Shown here one piece after another: positions 1-8,971 of a stretch of 61,761 nucleotides of DNA; positions within the stretch are counted from its first letter, which is position 1; each line of letters begins with the position of its first letter. The notes beneath the pieces are model-generated. The model saw only the letters and a program-made list of their open reading frames with translations. It searched no databases and had not been told where the DNA came from. The position numbers were made by a program, and so were the translations under genes. The stretch lies in the IMG/VR virus record IMGVR_UViG_3300028581_000044, positions 1 to 61,761 of that record. One strand, written 5' to 3'. This DNA is from a virus. Lineage: Duplodnaviria; Caudoviricetes.

Positions 1-365
1 AGTATTCTGGTTATGGTAAGAATTTGAGATTGAGGAGAGAAAAATGGATGACAACAGATCCTGTAACAAAAAAAGAAGTGAGATCAAGTGTAAAAAGATA
101 TTCATTAGATTATAGAAGTGATTATGTTTATAAAGAGTTCACTGATTGTTTAGATGATTTTAGAAAATTAGCAGAAGAAAAATTTGAAAAACAAAAAAGA
201 ACAAAAACATATGAATTCCTTATTAATAATATAAAATTTCAATATACATCAAATATAAAAGAAAATATTAGTTCATATAGTGAAGATTTAAGTTATAACT
301 ACTATTTCTATGATAAAGAAGGTAATTATATTGAAAGAATTCCAACGTGGGTTAGTTATGGTTAA
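1..365 (+). CDS. hypothetical protein, 5'-truncated by the window edge
   Basis: Frame of the 24..365 ORF stays open to the window start. Confidence 0.6.
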   Translation, partial: YSGYGKNLRLRREKWMTTDPVTKKEVRSSVKRYSLDYRSDYVYKEFTDCLDDFRKLAEEKFEKQKRTKTYEFLINNIKFQYTSNIKENISSYSEDLSYNYYFYDKEGNYIERIPTWVSYG

Positions 366-410
366 TATTTAATATATAGAAAAGTAAACTAAAAAATATT
401 AATATTTAAA

Positions 411-842
411 ATGAAAAAAGCTTATGAAAATTTAACAAAGGAAAACATCAACAAAAATCTATTTGATGTTCAATTTGAATATGAAGATTTATCAGAAATA
501 GAAAAGAAATTATTATCGGATCATATAAACAAGATAACTGATAATATGATGGAATTTGAATTAATGTCGGTTGAAAAAATCGTTCAACCATTAGATATAT
601 TAATTAAATTAAAGAATAACAAATCAACTGGTGATGTCTTTGTTAAAATGAAAGATAAAGATGAAAATATATTAGGTGTTTTTAAATTTAAAACTCTTAA
701 AGTTACAGAAATAAATAATTTAATAGATTTCGATTTTAACGAACCAGATTTTAAAAATAATCAAAAAACATTACAAATAAATTTCATATTTGATGATATT
801 CTTTATTCAAGTGATGGAAAAAATTACGATAAACTTTCATAA
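411..842 (+). CDS. hypothetical protein
   Basis: ORF downstream of an AATATATA motif; TAATG overlap with the next gene. Confidence 0.7.
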   Translation: MKKAYENLTKENINKNLFDVQFEYEDLSEIEKKLLSDHINKITDNMMEFELMSVEKIVQPLDILIKLKNNKSTGDVFVKMKDKDENILGVFKFKTLKVTEINNLIDFDFNEPDFKNNQKTLQINFIFDDILYSSDGKNYDKLS

Positions 843-1240
843 TGGGATATTCAATACCGAAACCACCAATAGGTTATCATGGTCAAAATGGTCAAATCGG
901 AAATAGTGGAAATGTCGGAAATAACGGATATCCCGGTGTTCCATATATAGATTTTGTTTCTAATAATATAGATAAATCAATAAGTTATACTGATCATCTT
1001 TCTCAAAAGATGGATGAAAGTAGAAATTATGTCGAATATCTTGCAGAAAAAATAGGTGGAATACAAACAAAAAATCCTATAAGAACTGTTCATTTGATTC
1101 CAAATATTGATTTGGTTCCGGAACCGGGTTTCATTTCACAAACATCTATTCAACAAATAACAAATGAAAATGAACAAAAATTAAATTGGTGGTGTGAGAA
1201 AAATAAAACTTCTAGTGACTTCTGGAAATATAAACTATAA
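842..1240 (+). CDS. hypothetical protein with a Gly-X-X stretch and a 14-aa repeat
   Basis: GYHGQNGQIGNSGNVGNNGYPG; IDKSISYTDHLSQK / MDESRNYVEYLAEK. Confidence 0.7.
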   Translation: MGYSIPKPPIGYHGQNGQIGNSGNVGNNGYPGVPYIDFVSNNIDKSISYTDHLSQKMDESRNYVEYLAEKIGGIQTKNPIRTVHLIPNIDLVPEPGFISQTSIQQITNENEQKLNWWCEKNKTSSDFWKYKL

Positions 1241-1255
1241 ATTCATTTAAAAATA

Positions 1256-1822
1256 ATGAGAATGATTAAAAATTACGAATCTTTTGCAAAAGACATCGAT
1301 TCAAGTATAGAATATTCTGAATATGTCGCTAATAGTGTGAATAAAATTTTAGACCATATGGATAATTTAAATCCATCTAATTATTCAACATCTGGTCCTT
1401 ATGGTTCATCAGGTAATCCTCCTTTTGGTAATGATGGAATTTGGGTTCCACAACGAGGTGGTTCACAAGTTAAAATAACACCACCCATTGTTTCTACAAA
1501 AACACAAGAAGAAATACAAAATGATAAAGATGTAATATATCTTGGTAAATCCAGAATAGATGGATCATCAATATATAGGAAAGGTAGTGAAATTTACAAT
1601 GTCAAAGATAATAGATCAGAACCTTTGATAGTTAGTGGTTTGACAACTCCAACATGGAATGATGGTACTTGGAATCCAAATTTAAAACCGAATAATGATA
1701 TGGGTTGGTGGACGAAAAATCAAGAAGAAGAAAAATTATCAAAATTTCAAAAATGGTCAATCGGTATTGGTATTGGAACCTTAATTGTTGGGTTGATATC
1801 AATTCTTATAATGTTTATTTAA
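1256..1822 (+). CDS. hypothetical protein with C-terminal transmembrane helix
   Basis: Hydrophobic C-terminus IGIGIGTLIVGLISILIMFI; N-terminus MIKNYESF. Confidence 0.7.
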   Translation: MRMIKNYESFAKDIDSSIEYSEYVANSVNKILDHMDNLNPSNYSTSGPYGSSGNPPFGNDGIWVPQRGGSQVKITPPIVSTKTQEEIQNDKDVIYLGKSRIDGSSIYRKGSEIYNVKDNRSEPLIVSGLTTPTWNDGTWNPNLKPNNDMGWWTKNQEEEKLSKFQKWSIGIGIGTLIVGLISILIMFI

Positions 1823-1876
1823 AACTTTTTAACATTTTTATTCTATAATAGAATTCAAAAAAATAATAACCCACTA

Positions 1877-2398
1877 ATGCAGATCTTAGTTACTCCAAGT
1901 GATATAATAAAACGTTGTTTATGGTTAGAATATCAAAGATATTTTTTGACTGTTCCAGACGCCATAACAGGAAAAAGGAAACTTAAACAAAGAGAAGAAA
2001 TAACAAAAATTATCCAAGAAGATAAACCATTGGTATTGAAAGAAGAAGATGCTTATGTTATAGGTCTTCTTAAAGTGGTTGAAACACCAAATATTGTACA
2101 TAGATTTAAAGATCATATTGAAGAATACTTGAAAATTAAAAGTTCTATTAACAATAATAGACTTTGGATATTAAAAAATGTAATATTAAAAGAAGTTATT
2201 ACTTTTAAAGATTGTTTTCCAGATGAATACAATCCACCATTCGAATATAAAAAAGGAATAGAAGATTTAAAAACATTCGTTGACAATCTTTATTCTGAAA
2301 TAGAAAAGATAGAACCAACGAAAATTCCGGATAAAGAAGGAAAAATGAAAGACTATGTTTCTTCCAATCAAGTTAAAAACTTATTAAGTGAAAAATAA
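1877..2398 (+). CDS. hypothetical protein
   Basis: 173-aa ORF, apparently co-transcribed with folA. Confidence 0.7.
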   Translation: MQILVTPSDIIKRCLWLEYQRYFLTVPDAITGKRKLKQREEITKIIQEDKPLVLKEEDAYVIGLLKVVETPNIVHRFKDHIEEYLKIKSSINNNRLWILKNVILKEVITFKDCFPDEYNPPFEYKKGIEDLKTFVDNLYSEIEKIEPTKIPDKEGKMKDYVSSNQVKNLLSEK

Positions 2399-2401
2399 CC
2401 T

Positions 2402-2932
2402 ATGAATATATCAATTATAAGTGCGGTGGCAAACAATAATGTCATTGGTAAGGATAACCAATTACTTTGGCATTTAAGTGATGATTTGAAGAGATTCAAG
2501 TCTTTAACATTTAACCATATTGTTATTATGGGTCAGAAAACATATGAATCCATCGGTAAACCATTACCACATAGAACAAATATCATTATATCCAATGATT
2601 ACGATTTTAAATTAAATATTCCACCTATGAAAATGGATGATTGTGACATCAGAATTGTTCATTCCATAGAAAGTGCACTGGAAACCGCGGAAGCTTTAAA
2701 TGATATTAATGATGAATATGAAGTGTTCATAATTGGTGGTGGAAGTATTTATAGAGAATTTATGAAATACGCCAATAAATTATATATCACTAAAATTTAT
2801 AAATATTTTTATGGTGATACATACTTTCCATATATAGATTTAGAAATATGGAAAGTATCTACTTTTAGTGAAATACAATATGATGAAGAATGTCAATTTA
2901 ACTATCAATACTTGACTTACGAAAAAATATAA
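2402..2932 (+). CDS. folA: dihydrofolate reductase
   Basis: VIGKDNQLLWHLSDDLKRFK, IMGQKTYESIGKPLPHR, IIGGGSIY, GDTYFP. Confidence 0.95.
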   Translation: MNISIISAVANNNVIGKDNQLLWHLSDDLKRFKSLTFNHIVIMGQKTYESIGKPLPHRTNIIISNDYDFKLNIPPMKMDDCDIRIVHSIESALETAEALNDINDEYEVFIIGGGSIYREFMKYANKLYITKIYKYFYGDTYFPYIDLEIWKVSTFSEIQYDEECQFNYQYLTYEKI

Positions 2933-2951
2933 ATTTGGGATTACTTTAAAT

Positions 2952-2981
2952 AAAAAAACCAGTCTTTCAACTGGTTTTTTT
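2952..2981. terminator. bidirectional intrinsic terminator
   Basis: A7-CCAGT-ctttca-ACTGG-T7. Confidence 0.75.
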
Positions 2982-3046
2982 ATGCCACAAATACGGTAAT
3001 GTGGTACACCACGTCAAGCAACCAATGGTTAATGACAAAATATATA

Positions 3047-3205
3047 TTATTTTTCTAATTGTTTTTTAATCAATTTTTCGATAAATTCAGATTTATTGAA
3101 AATGTCATTTTCCAACATATATTCATCGAGTAATTTTGATAACTCTTGATTAATAGTTAATGTTAATTTCTTTTTCTTTTTATTTTCTGGATATTTTTTC
3201 TTCAT
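3047..3205 (-). CDS. small ribbon-helix-helix-like protein (not in ORF track)
   Basis: MKKKYPENKKKKKLTLTINQELSKLLDEYMLENDIFNKSEFIEKLIKKQLEK*: alternating beta-strand, helix, NKSxFIE helix. Confidence 0.7.
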   Translation of the reverse strand: MKKKYPENKKKKKLTLTINQELSKLLDEYMLENDIFNKSEFIEKLIKKQLEK

Positions 3206-3291
3206 TCCTTTTTTATATTAAAAATATTAAAAAGTTTTAAAAGTGATAAATATGACTTTTTTAATTTAATATATAAAGATAAAAAGAATTT

Positions 3292-3459
3292 ATGAAAAAT
3301 AAAACAAAATCTGAAATTTCGGTGACTATTAATCAAGATGTTGTGAATATGGTTGATGAAAATTTTGATAACAGATCTAAATTTGTCGAATATTGTATTA
3401 TTCAAGAATTGATAAAGAATGATGTTTATAGAGAAAAAATAAATAAAATAATCATATGA
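3292..3459 (+). CDS. small ribbon-helix-helix-like protein (not in ORF track)
   Basis: MKNKTKSEISVTINQDVVNMVDENFDNRSKFVEYCIIQELIK...; ATGA overlap with the endonuclease gene. Confidence 0.7.
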   Translation: MKNKTKSEISVTINQDVVNMVDENFDNRSKFVEYCIIQELIKNDVYREKINKIII

Positions 3460-4160
3460 AAAAATTAACAACGGAAGAATTTATAGAAAAAGCTATAAAA
3501 ATTCATGGTGATAAATATGATTATTCATTAGTAGAATATATAGGTAATAAAAAAAATATAAAAATAATAAAGGATGGAATCATATTCGAACAATGGCCAA
3601 ATACTCATTTAAAAGGGTGGGGAATGACTAATAAAGATACAAAAGAAGAATTTATAGAAAAAGCAAAAAAAGTCCACAGAAACAAATATGATTATTCACT
3701 TGTTGAATATAAAAATAATAAAACACATATAAAAATAATATGTCAACATCATGGTGTTTTTATTCAAAAACCAAATAATCATTTAAATAATCATGGTTGT
3801 TTTAAATGTAAAAAATCATCTGGTGAAATTAAAATATCTTATTTATTAGATGATTTTGGAATAAATTATATACAAGAAAAAAAATTTAATGATTGTAAAA
3901 ATATCAAATTACTTAAATTCGATTTTTATTTACCTAATTATAATTTATGTATTGAATATAATGGGATACAACATTATCAACCGAAAAAATATTTTGGTGG
4001 TAAATTAAATTTTGAAAAGATTATAAAAAATGATAAATTAAAAATCGAATATTGTATTTTAAATAATATTGATTTGTTGATAATAAAATATGATGAAAAT
4101 ATTGAAAAGATTATTTTAAATTATATAAATAAAAAAAACCAGTCAAAAAATTATATTTGA
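3456..4160 (+). CDS. putative homing endonuclease (N-terminal repeats plus Vsr/DUF559-like PD-(D/E)XK domain)
   Basis: Two EEFIEKAxKxHxxKYDYSLVEY repeats; FDFYLP...CIEYNGIQHY. Confidence 0.8.
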   Translation: MKKLTTEEFIEKAIKIHGDKYDYSLVEYIGNKKNIKIIKDGIIFEQWPNTHLKGWGMTNKDTKEEFIEKAKKVHRNKYDYSLVEYKNNKTHIKIICQHHGVFIQKPNNHLNNHGCFKCKKSSGEIKISYLLDDFGINYIQEKKFNDCKNIKLLKFDFYLPNYNLCIEYNGIQHYQPKKYFGGKLNFEKIIKNDKLKIEYCILNNIDLLIIKYDENIEKIILNYINKKNQSKNYI

Positions 4161-4170
4161 CTGGGTTTTT
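4131..4170. terminator. bidirectional terminator between the endonuclease gene and tmRNA
   Basis: A8-CCAGTCAAA...TTTGACTGG-GT5. Confidence 0.65.
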
Positions 4171-4174
4171 AGTG

Positions 4175-4565
4175 TGGAGATGGAGGGATTCGAACCCTCG
4201 TGCACAAATTATTTTAAGAATCGTCTACAAAGTTTATACAGTTCTTAAGGACTGTCAACTATTTGATTTCGATATATTAGGAAATCAAAAAACCGTCAAT
4301 TGGTTTAATATTTTACTGTTCCGTTAAACCTTTCTAATATCGGATGAGTTACTTTTTTTCTTAAGCTGCGAGAGCCATTCTAGCTCTTTCTACACGTGCA
4401 AAAGGGGTAACACCCTTAGTTACACTTGTTTGGATATTCATCATATCCTCAGCGACAATTGTATTTGCTTTTATTGTTTTCCTATCAATTTATTAATCGC
4501 TTCCTAGAAAGTGCGATACTTGCAGATTCACTATTACGAATTCATGTCTATTCCAAGTCACCCCC
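4175..4565 (-). ncRNA. ssrA: tmRNA
   Basis: 5' GGGGGTGACTTGGAATAGAC pairs with 3' CATCTCC-A with a G3:U70 Ala identity pair; T-arm GAGGGTTCGAATCCCTC; tag ORF 4468-4361 ends ALAA*; CCA not encoded. Confidence 0.93.
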
Positions 4566-4817
4566 GGTTGATTGTGATTATCAAAACTTTAAACTCTTAT
4601 CCATGCTTTGTGTCTTTCGACTACCGACTTTAATGGGAGTATTTTGACTTATCCATTTTTTTCACAATCATATTCAAAGAACGATATTAGTGTATTTGAG
4701 ACTTTTCAGATAAAAATCCTACCAATTTGGTTTATCAGATTTTTCTCCTGTCTGAAAATACACATAATTTATATATTTGTATTTTATATTGTATTATTTC
4801 CAATTTGTTTAAAAAAT

Positions 4818-5100
4818 GACTTGTATGGAGGGTGTCCAGTCGCGTTGTTTCAAGCCGGCTCGCTGGGGAGATTCCGTTTCGCACCAGTATTAATGTGTGG
4901 TGTATTTTCTACATTGTGTACGGCAAAGACTTCCAGTCCGCATAGAGCACATCTATTGGTTAGATTTGTTACGGGAGCAAGCCCCGACCAAGTTCTGTTG
5001 ATAAAAATCATTAGCATGGTACTACTCACTACTAAGAACCGCAAATGTGATACGCCTCAAGTATTCCATCGGTTTCGACACCTTTCAACTCCATCAAGTC
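4818..5100 (-). ncRNA. unknown structured RNA, ~283 nt
   Basis: GC-rich island; terminal stem GACTTG-ATGGAG/CTCCAT-A-CAAGTC, inner GGTGTC/GACACC, several hairpins; TACCTTTG promoter upstream. Confidence 0.65.
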
Positions 5101-5103
5101 AAA

Positions 5104-5137
5104 GAACATAATTTCACTACGAACATAATTTCACTAC
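5104..5137. repeat. 17-bp perfect tandem duplication
   Basis: GAACATAATTTCACTAC x2. Confidence 0.9.
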
Positions 5138-5139
5138 GA

Positions 5140-5172
5140 CAAAGGTAGGATCTTTTATCGAAATAAAAAAAT
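5140..5172 (-). promoter_or_regulatory. Bacteroidota-type sigma70 promoter for the ncRNA island
   Basis: TACCTTTG (TAnnTTTG) preceded by TTTTTTATTTC. Confidence 0.55.
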
Positions 5173-5501
5173 TATAGGGTAACTTCTAATACAGCTTTAT
5201 CCTTATTCTGATTTTCGAATACAATAGTATTATCTTTTTTGTTTGGATCTAGATATACTTCAAAATTTCTAAGGAATCCAACTTTATGAATTTCGTTTTC
5301 GTTTTCTGATTTTTTTGAATATACAAAATTCACATTATCAATAATATCCAGTATATTTTCGTTTACCGTTAATCTATCAAATTCTATTTCATTATTTTCT
5401 ATGTAATAATTATTGAAATCGTAAATTCTAATTACCAAATAAACAGGTATCATCGATTCATCTTTAATATCTTTTAAATTTATTTTTGATATGTCCATCA
5501 T
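5172..5501 (-). CDS. hypothetical protein
   Basis: ORF within a minus-strand operon with overlapping stop/start codons. Confidence 0.7.
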   Translation of the reverse strand: MMDISKINLKDIKDESMIPVYLVIRIYDFNNYYIENNEIEFDRLTVNENILDIIDNVNFVYSKKSENENEIHKVGFLRNFEVYLDPNKKDNTIVFENQNKDKAVLEVTL

Positions 5502-5875
5502 ATTGTCAAATCTTTTATATAAGGGTATATTTGTTCTTTTATTTCATCTTCTGTTATACCCGGATAACGTTCTAAAACCATTTCAGAAAGTTTTTTAGAA
5601 TCGTTTTCTAATATTTCTCTTTTTTGAAGGTGATAACTCATTTCTTTCTCGATAACCAAAATACTTTTTTCTATTTCACCTATTTTCAATATGAGATCTT
5701 CTTTATTTTCAATACCATCCAAATCATCTTTCAATTTGTTTAATTGGTCAAGATAAACCATAACAACTTCTTGTCTTTCGTTCGCTATTTTTAGTGAACT
5801 CAAGAAATCCCTTCTTATTCTGACAGCTTGTTCTATAAATCTTAAATCTATTTTATATTTACTCATATTCACCAT
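5498..5875 (-). CDS. hypothetical coiled-coil protein
   Basis: Helical heptad-like ORF. Confidence 0.7.
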   Translation of the reverse strand: MVNMSKYKIDLRFIEQAVRIRRDFLSSLKIANERQEVVMVYLDQLNKLKDDLDGIENKEDLILKIGEIEKSILVIEKEMSYHLQKREILENDSKKLSEMVLERYPGITEDEIKEQIYPYIKDLTI

Positions 5876-6974
5876 TTATTTTGATTACTTTTTCTGGAAC
5901 AATGACATTTTCTTCTGGTGTGTTTATAATTATTGGAATATCATTATATTTATCTAATTCCGGTTTTAAAAATTCTTTATGTTCTGATGGTATATCTTGT
6001 TTTTCGGAATTTACATCTTCACCTATTATGATTTTTTTAAACTCATCATATATTTGTTTTTCAAGTAATGATGGATTGTCCCAAAGTTTATTCATTAATT
6101 CATTAGTATAGAATTTAACAATATCACCATCAAAGTTCATTGCGGTTTGACGAAGATATGTAGGATCAGCTATCAATTCTTTAAATATCAATTTAACATC
6201 AATAGGATGAATTTTTTTGAATTTTTTGAAAAACATAAAAGCTTCTTGTTCCGGTGTTAAATCAGTTCTCATTCCAGATGGTGACGGATTGGATGAATTT
6301 CCAACCGGACCTTGTGGTTGATACGGTGGTTGAACTGGCTGTTGAACAGGTGGTTGATACGGTTGTGATGGTTGTTGGTTTATTTGTTCATAAGTCTTAT
6401 AGATGTCTTGTGATGCTGGTTGTGATGGTGTTTCAGAATAAGAAGCCTGTTGTACATTAGCTTTAACAATAACTTCACCGGTAGTTAAATTTTTAACTTC
6501 TGATGTAGATTCTGGTGGAATATAAGTTCCCCTTTCTCTTTTTTGAAATTGTTGTGGTGGTTGATAATTTGGATTTCCAATTGTATTCATATCAATTGCA
6601 TCTTGAACAACTGGTGGTCTGTAATTATTTTGAAAACTGTTTAATAATTCCCTCTTTTTTCTTTCCATATCATCCGGTGTTTCTTCAATAAATATACCAG
6701 CTGGAGCTTGATTACCACTCATTTCTATTCCACTTGGGGTAACAATTGGTGTGGTATTTATGTTTACTTTTTCATTAAACTGTTGTGCTAGTCTTTCCAT
6801 AACAGGATCATGAGTGAAAAAATTATCCGGTTCGAAAAATTCTGTATATTTTTGTAAGAAAACATCTGTTTTTATATTCGTAGAATCATCAAGTGTTACC
6901 CATACACCATTTTCTTCTAGTACGGATACCACTTTTTGGTCTTTTAGACTTTGAAATTTTTTGCCTTTTAACAT
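5859..6974 (-). CDS. hypothetical protein with Pro/Gln-rich linker
   Basis: 371-aa ORF; QPSQPYQPPVQQPVQPPYQPQ. Confidence 0.75.
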   Translation of the reverse strand: MLKGKKFQSLKDQKVVSVLEENGVWVTLDDSTNIKTDVFLQKYTEFFEPDNFFTHDPVMERLAQQFNEKVNINTTPIVTPSGIEMSGNQAPAGIFIEETPDDMERKKRELLNSFQNNYRPPVVQDAIDMNTIGNPNYQPPQQFQKRERGTYIPPESTSEVKNLTTGEVIVKANVQQASYSETPSQPASQDIYKTYEQINQQPSQPYQPPVQQPVQPPYQPQGPVGNSSNPSPSGMRTDLTPEQEAFMFFKKFKKIHPIDVKLIFKELIADPTYLRQTAMNFDGDIVKFYTNELMNKLWDNPSLLEKQIYDEFKKIIIGEDVNSEKQDIPSEHKEFLKPELDKYNDIPIIINTPEENVIVPEKVIKINGEYE

Positions 6975-7073
6975 GTTTAACCTTTTATTTTTAAACTTTT
7001 TATATCTTGGAACAATAAAAGTTTTATATTTTCTGTTTTTATATTTTTATATATAATCAGAAATAGGTTCCAA

Positions 7074-7391
7074 ATGATGAAAACATATAAACAGTTTATA
7101 ATAGAAAATAATGAATATAGTCCAAAAGATGAATTATTAGAACTGGAAAAATTACCTAATGTAAAAATAACACATTTACAAAAGGTGCCTTTATCTGGAT
7201 TCATTGGGAAAATATCAATAGATGGAAATGAATATAATTTTGATGCTGATTATGATCTTGGTGATTGGGTATATTTTATTTATAATGTTCCGGGTTCTGG
7301 TCATGGTAGTGGTACTCATTTTGAAGATAATGGAATCGAAGGTAACATTGAAGATATAGTACTTGATTTAAAAGAATATTTAGGGATATGA
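7074..7391 (+). CDS. putative internal head protein
   Basis: N-terminus MKTYKQFIIE resembles the T4 capsid-targeting sequence MKTYQEFIAE. Confidence 0.55.
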   Translation: MMKTYKQFIIENNEYSPKDELLELEKLPNVKITHLQKVPLSGFIGKISIDGNEYNFDADYDLGDWVYFIYNVPGSGHGSGTHFEDNGIEGNIEDIVLDLKEYLGI

Positions 7392-7825
7392 TATATTTAA
7401 AAACATTTGAAGGATATCAAGACAAAGTGAAATTCCAAGATAGAATAAGATGGAATAATTGGGATGAAAACCAAACCAAGGAAGATAGAAGAAGAATCGT
7501 TAGAGATAACCAAAAAACGCGTCGTGAACTCAAGGAACGAATTGAAAAGGATATGGAAGATGGTAAAGACATTTCCAAGTGGATTTGGGGTTATGTAATC
7601 GATAGAGGGGGTGAACATAGTATGGATACAAAAAAACCTGTATATGGTGTATATCCACAAATGGATAATCATTTATCATATGTGTTGGCTGATAGTATCG
7701 GTGGTGGATTACACTGGTATAATTATAGTAACGAAAATGTAATGGCTGGTGGTAGTGATGAAATTAGAGAAGAAGGTATCAAGTTATATAAAAGATTTAA
7801 AGAACTCAAAAATGAAAAGATATAA
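7388..7825 (+). CDS. hypothetical protein with CTS-like N-terminus
   Basis: MIYLKTFEG. Confidence 0.65.
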   Translation: MIYLKTFEGYQDKVKFQDRIRWNNWDENQTKEDRRRIVRDNQKTRRELKERIEKDMEDGKDISKWIWGYVIDRGGEHSMDTKKPVYGVYPQMDNHLSYVLADSIGGGLHWYNYSNENVMAGGSDEIREEGIKLYKRFKELKNEKI

Positions 7826-8630
7826 AGAATTAAAGTACGATAAAAAGACTTTTACTGAACAATGGAGAATTGATGAAATTCTTGTTAAAAAAGGATTTCA
7901 ATGGTTTTTGGATTGTGAAGTAGAAGATGTAAGAATTGAAATATTAAAGGAAACTTTAATCATGAATTCAGGTACATTCTTTAGTGGAACATGGGTTTAT
8001 GGTGCATGGAGAGATGGTGTTTGGAAATATGGTACTTGGATGAATGGTGTATGGTTTAATGGAAGATGGTTAGATGGAGATTTTTTAGATGGTATCATAA
8101 AAGGAGGTCAATTTTTAAATGGAAGAATGGAAAAAGGCACTGTTGAAGGTGGTGATTTCTATCATTTTGAAATAAGTAGAGATGTAAAGAAAAAAGAAGA
8201 AAAGAAAAAGGAAGAAATTCAACAAGATGAAAATCCACCACAAGGTGAAAAAATAACCGAAACAATTATGAAAAGAAATATTAAGAAATTCAATGAATTC
8301 AAGGTAAATGAAGAATTGGATGTAGAAGATTTAAAACACGAAATGGGTGAAACACAAGAAGAAGAAAATCTAGAAGAAACATTACCAGTTGATGAATTAC
8401 CAATAGATGAAGTTCCAGATGAAAAAGACTTAAAAGTTCTTCCACCTAAACCTGTTATGACATCAGCTATGAGAGCTGAAGAATGGAAAAATTTATCATC
8501 GAATCCGGGAAGTAGAAAAATTTTCAGAACAATGGATGATTATTTAACTTCAATTGGGATTACAAATACTCATATGGAAGATGAACCAAAAGTTCCAACA
8601 ACCAGAAGAGGAATAAGAAGAAAACAATAA
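7812..8630 (+). CDS. Gx(W/F)xx pentapeptide-repeat protein with acidic C-terminal part
   Basis: GTWVY GAWRD GVWKY GTWMN GVWFN...; likely start is the ATG at 7812. Confidence 0.65.
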   Translation: MKRYKELKYDKKTFTEQWRIDEILVKKGFQWFLDCEVEDVRIEILKETLIMNSGTFFSGTWVYGAWRDGVWKYGTWMNGVWFNGRWLDGDFLDGIIKGGQFLNGRMEKGTVEGGDFYHFEISRDVKKKEEKKKEEIQQDENPPQGEKITETIMKRNIKKFNEFKVNEELDVEDLKHEMGETQEEENLEETLPVDELPIDEVPDEKDLKVLPPKPVMTSAMRAEEWKNLSSNPGSRKIFRTMDDYLTSIGITNTHMEDEPKVPTTRRGIRRKQ

Positions 8631-8698
8631 TATTCTCTTTACCTTAGGTCTGGAGTGTACAAAGGTTTCAAACACTGAACCAGTTAATCAGCGTTTTT

Positions 8699-8971
8699 TC
8701 ATGTCCACCATTCATATTCAGAATTTTTGGTCCTGAATCTAACATAATCATCGGTTTCTTCCAATATCTCTAAAACTTCCGTTGTTAACCAATAATCCTG
8801 ATATTGATAACTTCTAGCTGTTGCAGAACCAACATACATAGAACAACCAACTGTCGGTTTATGACTTACAACTTCTTTAAAAGTTCTATCTTCATTCCAT
8901 TTTATTGCTTGTGAATCAGAACCACAATCACCAGCACCATCACTAACTCTTCTTAATTTTGCCATTATCAA
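8699..8971 (-). CDS. hypothetical protein
   Basis: 90-aa ORF with normal composition. Confidence 0.65.
   Translation of the reverse strand: MIMAKLRRVSDGAGDCGSDSQAIKWNEDRTFKEVVSHKPTVGCSMYVGSATARSYQYQDYWLTTEVLEILEETDDYVRFRTKNSEYEWWT

Noticed and set aside
4175-4205. tRNA-like T-arm and acceptor stem
   Set aside because: Its 5' partner is ~390 nt away with a tag ORF in between, so it is the 3' end of the tmRNA rather than a tRNA
4818-5100. RNase P RNA or group I intron identity for the 283-nt RNA
   Set aside because: No GAGGAAAGUCC element, no recognisable P/Q/R/S motifs and no interrupted host gene
4426-5111. ORFs 4426..4647, 4608..5111 and 4850..5044
   Set aside because: They overlap the tmRNA and structured RNA elements and have atypical composition; likely shadow ORFs of a GC-rich RNA island
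8650-8685. Hairpin CTGG-AGTGT/ACACT-CCAG between convergent genes
   Set aside because: Short and imperfect; could be a weak terminator, with no further support as an ncRNA
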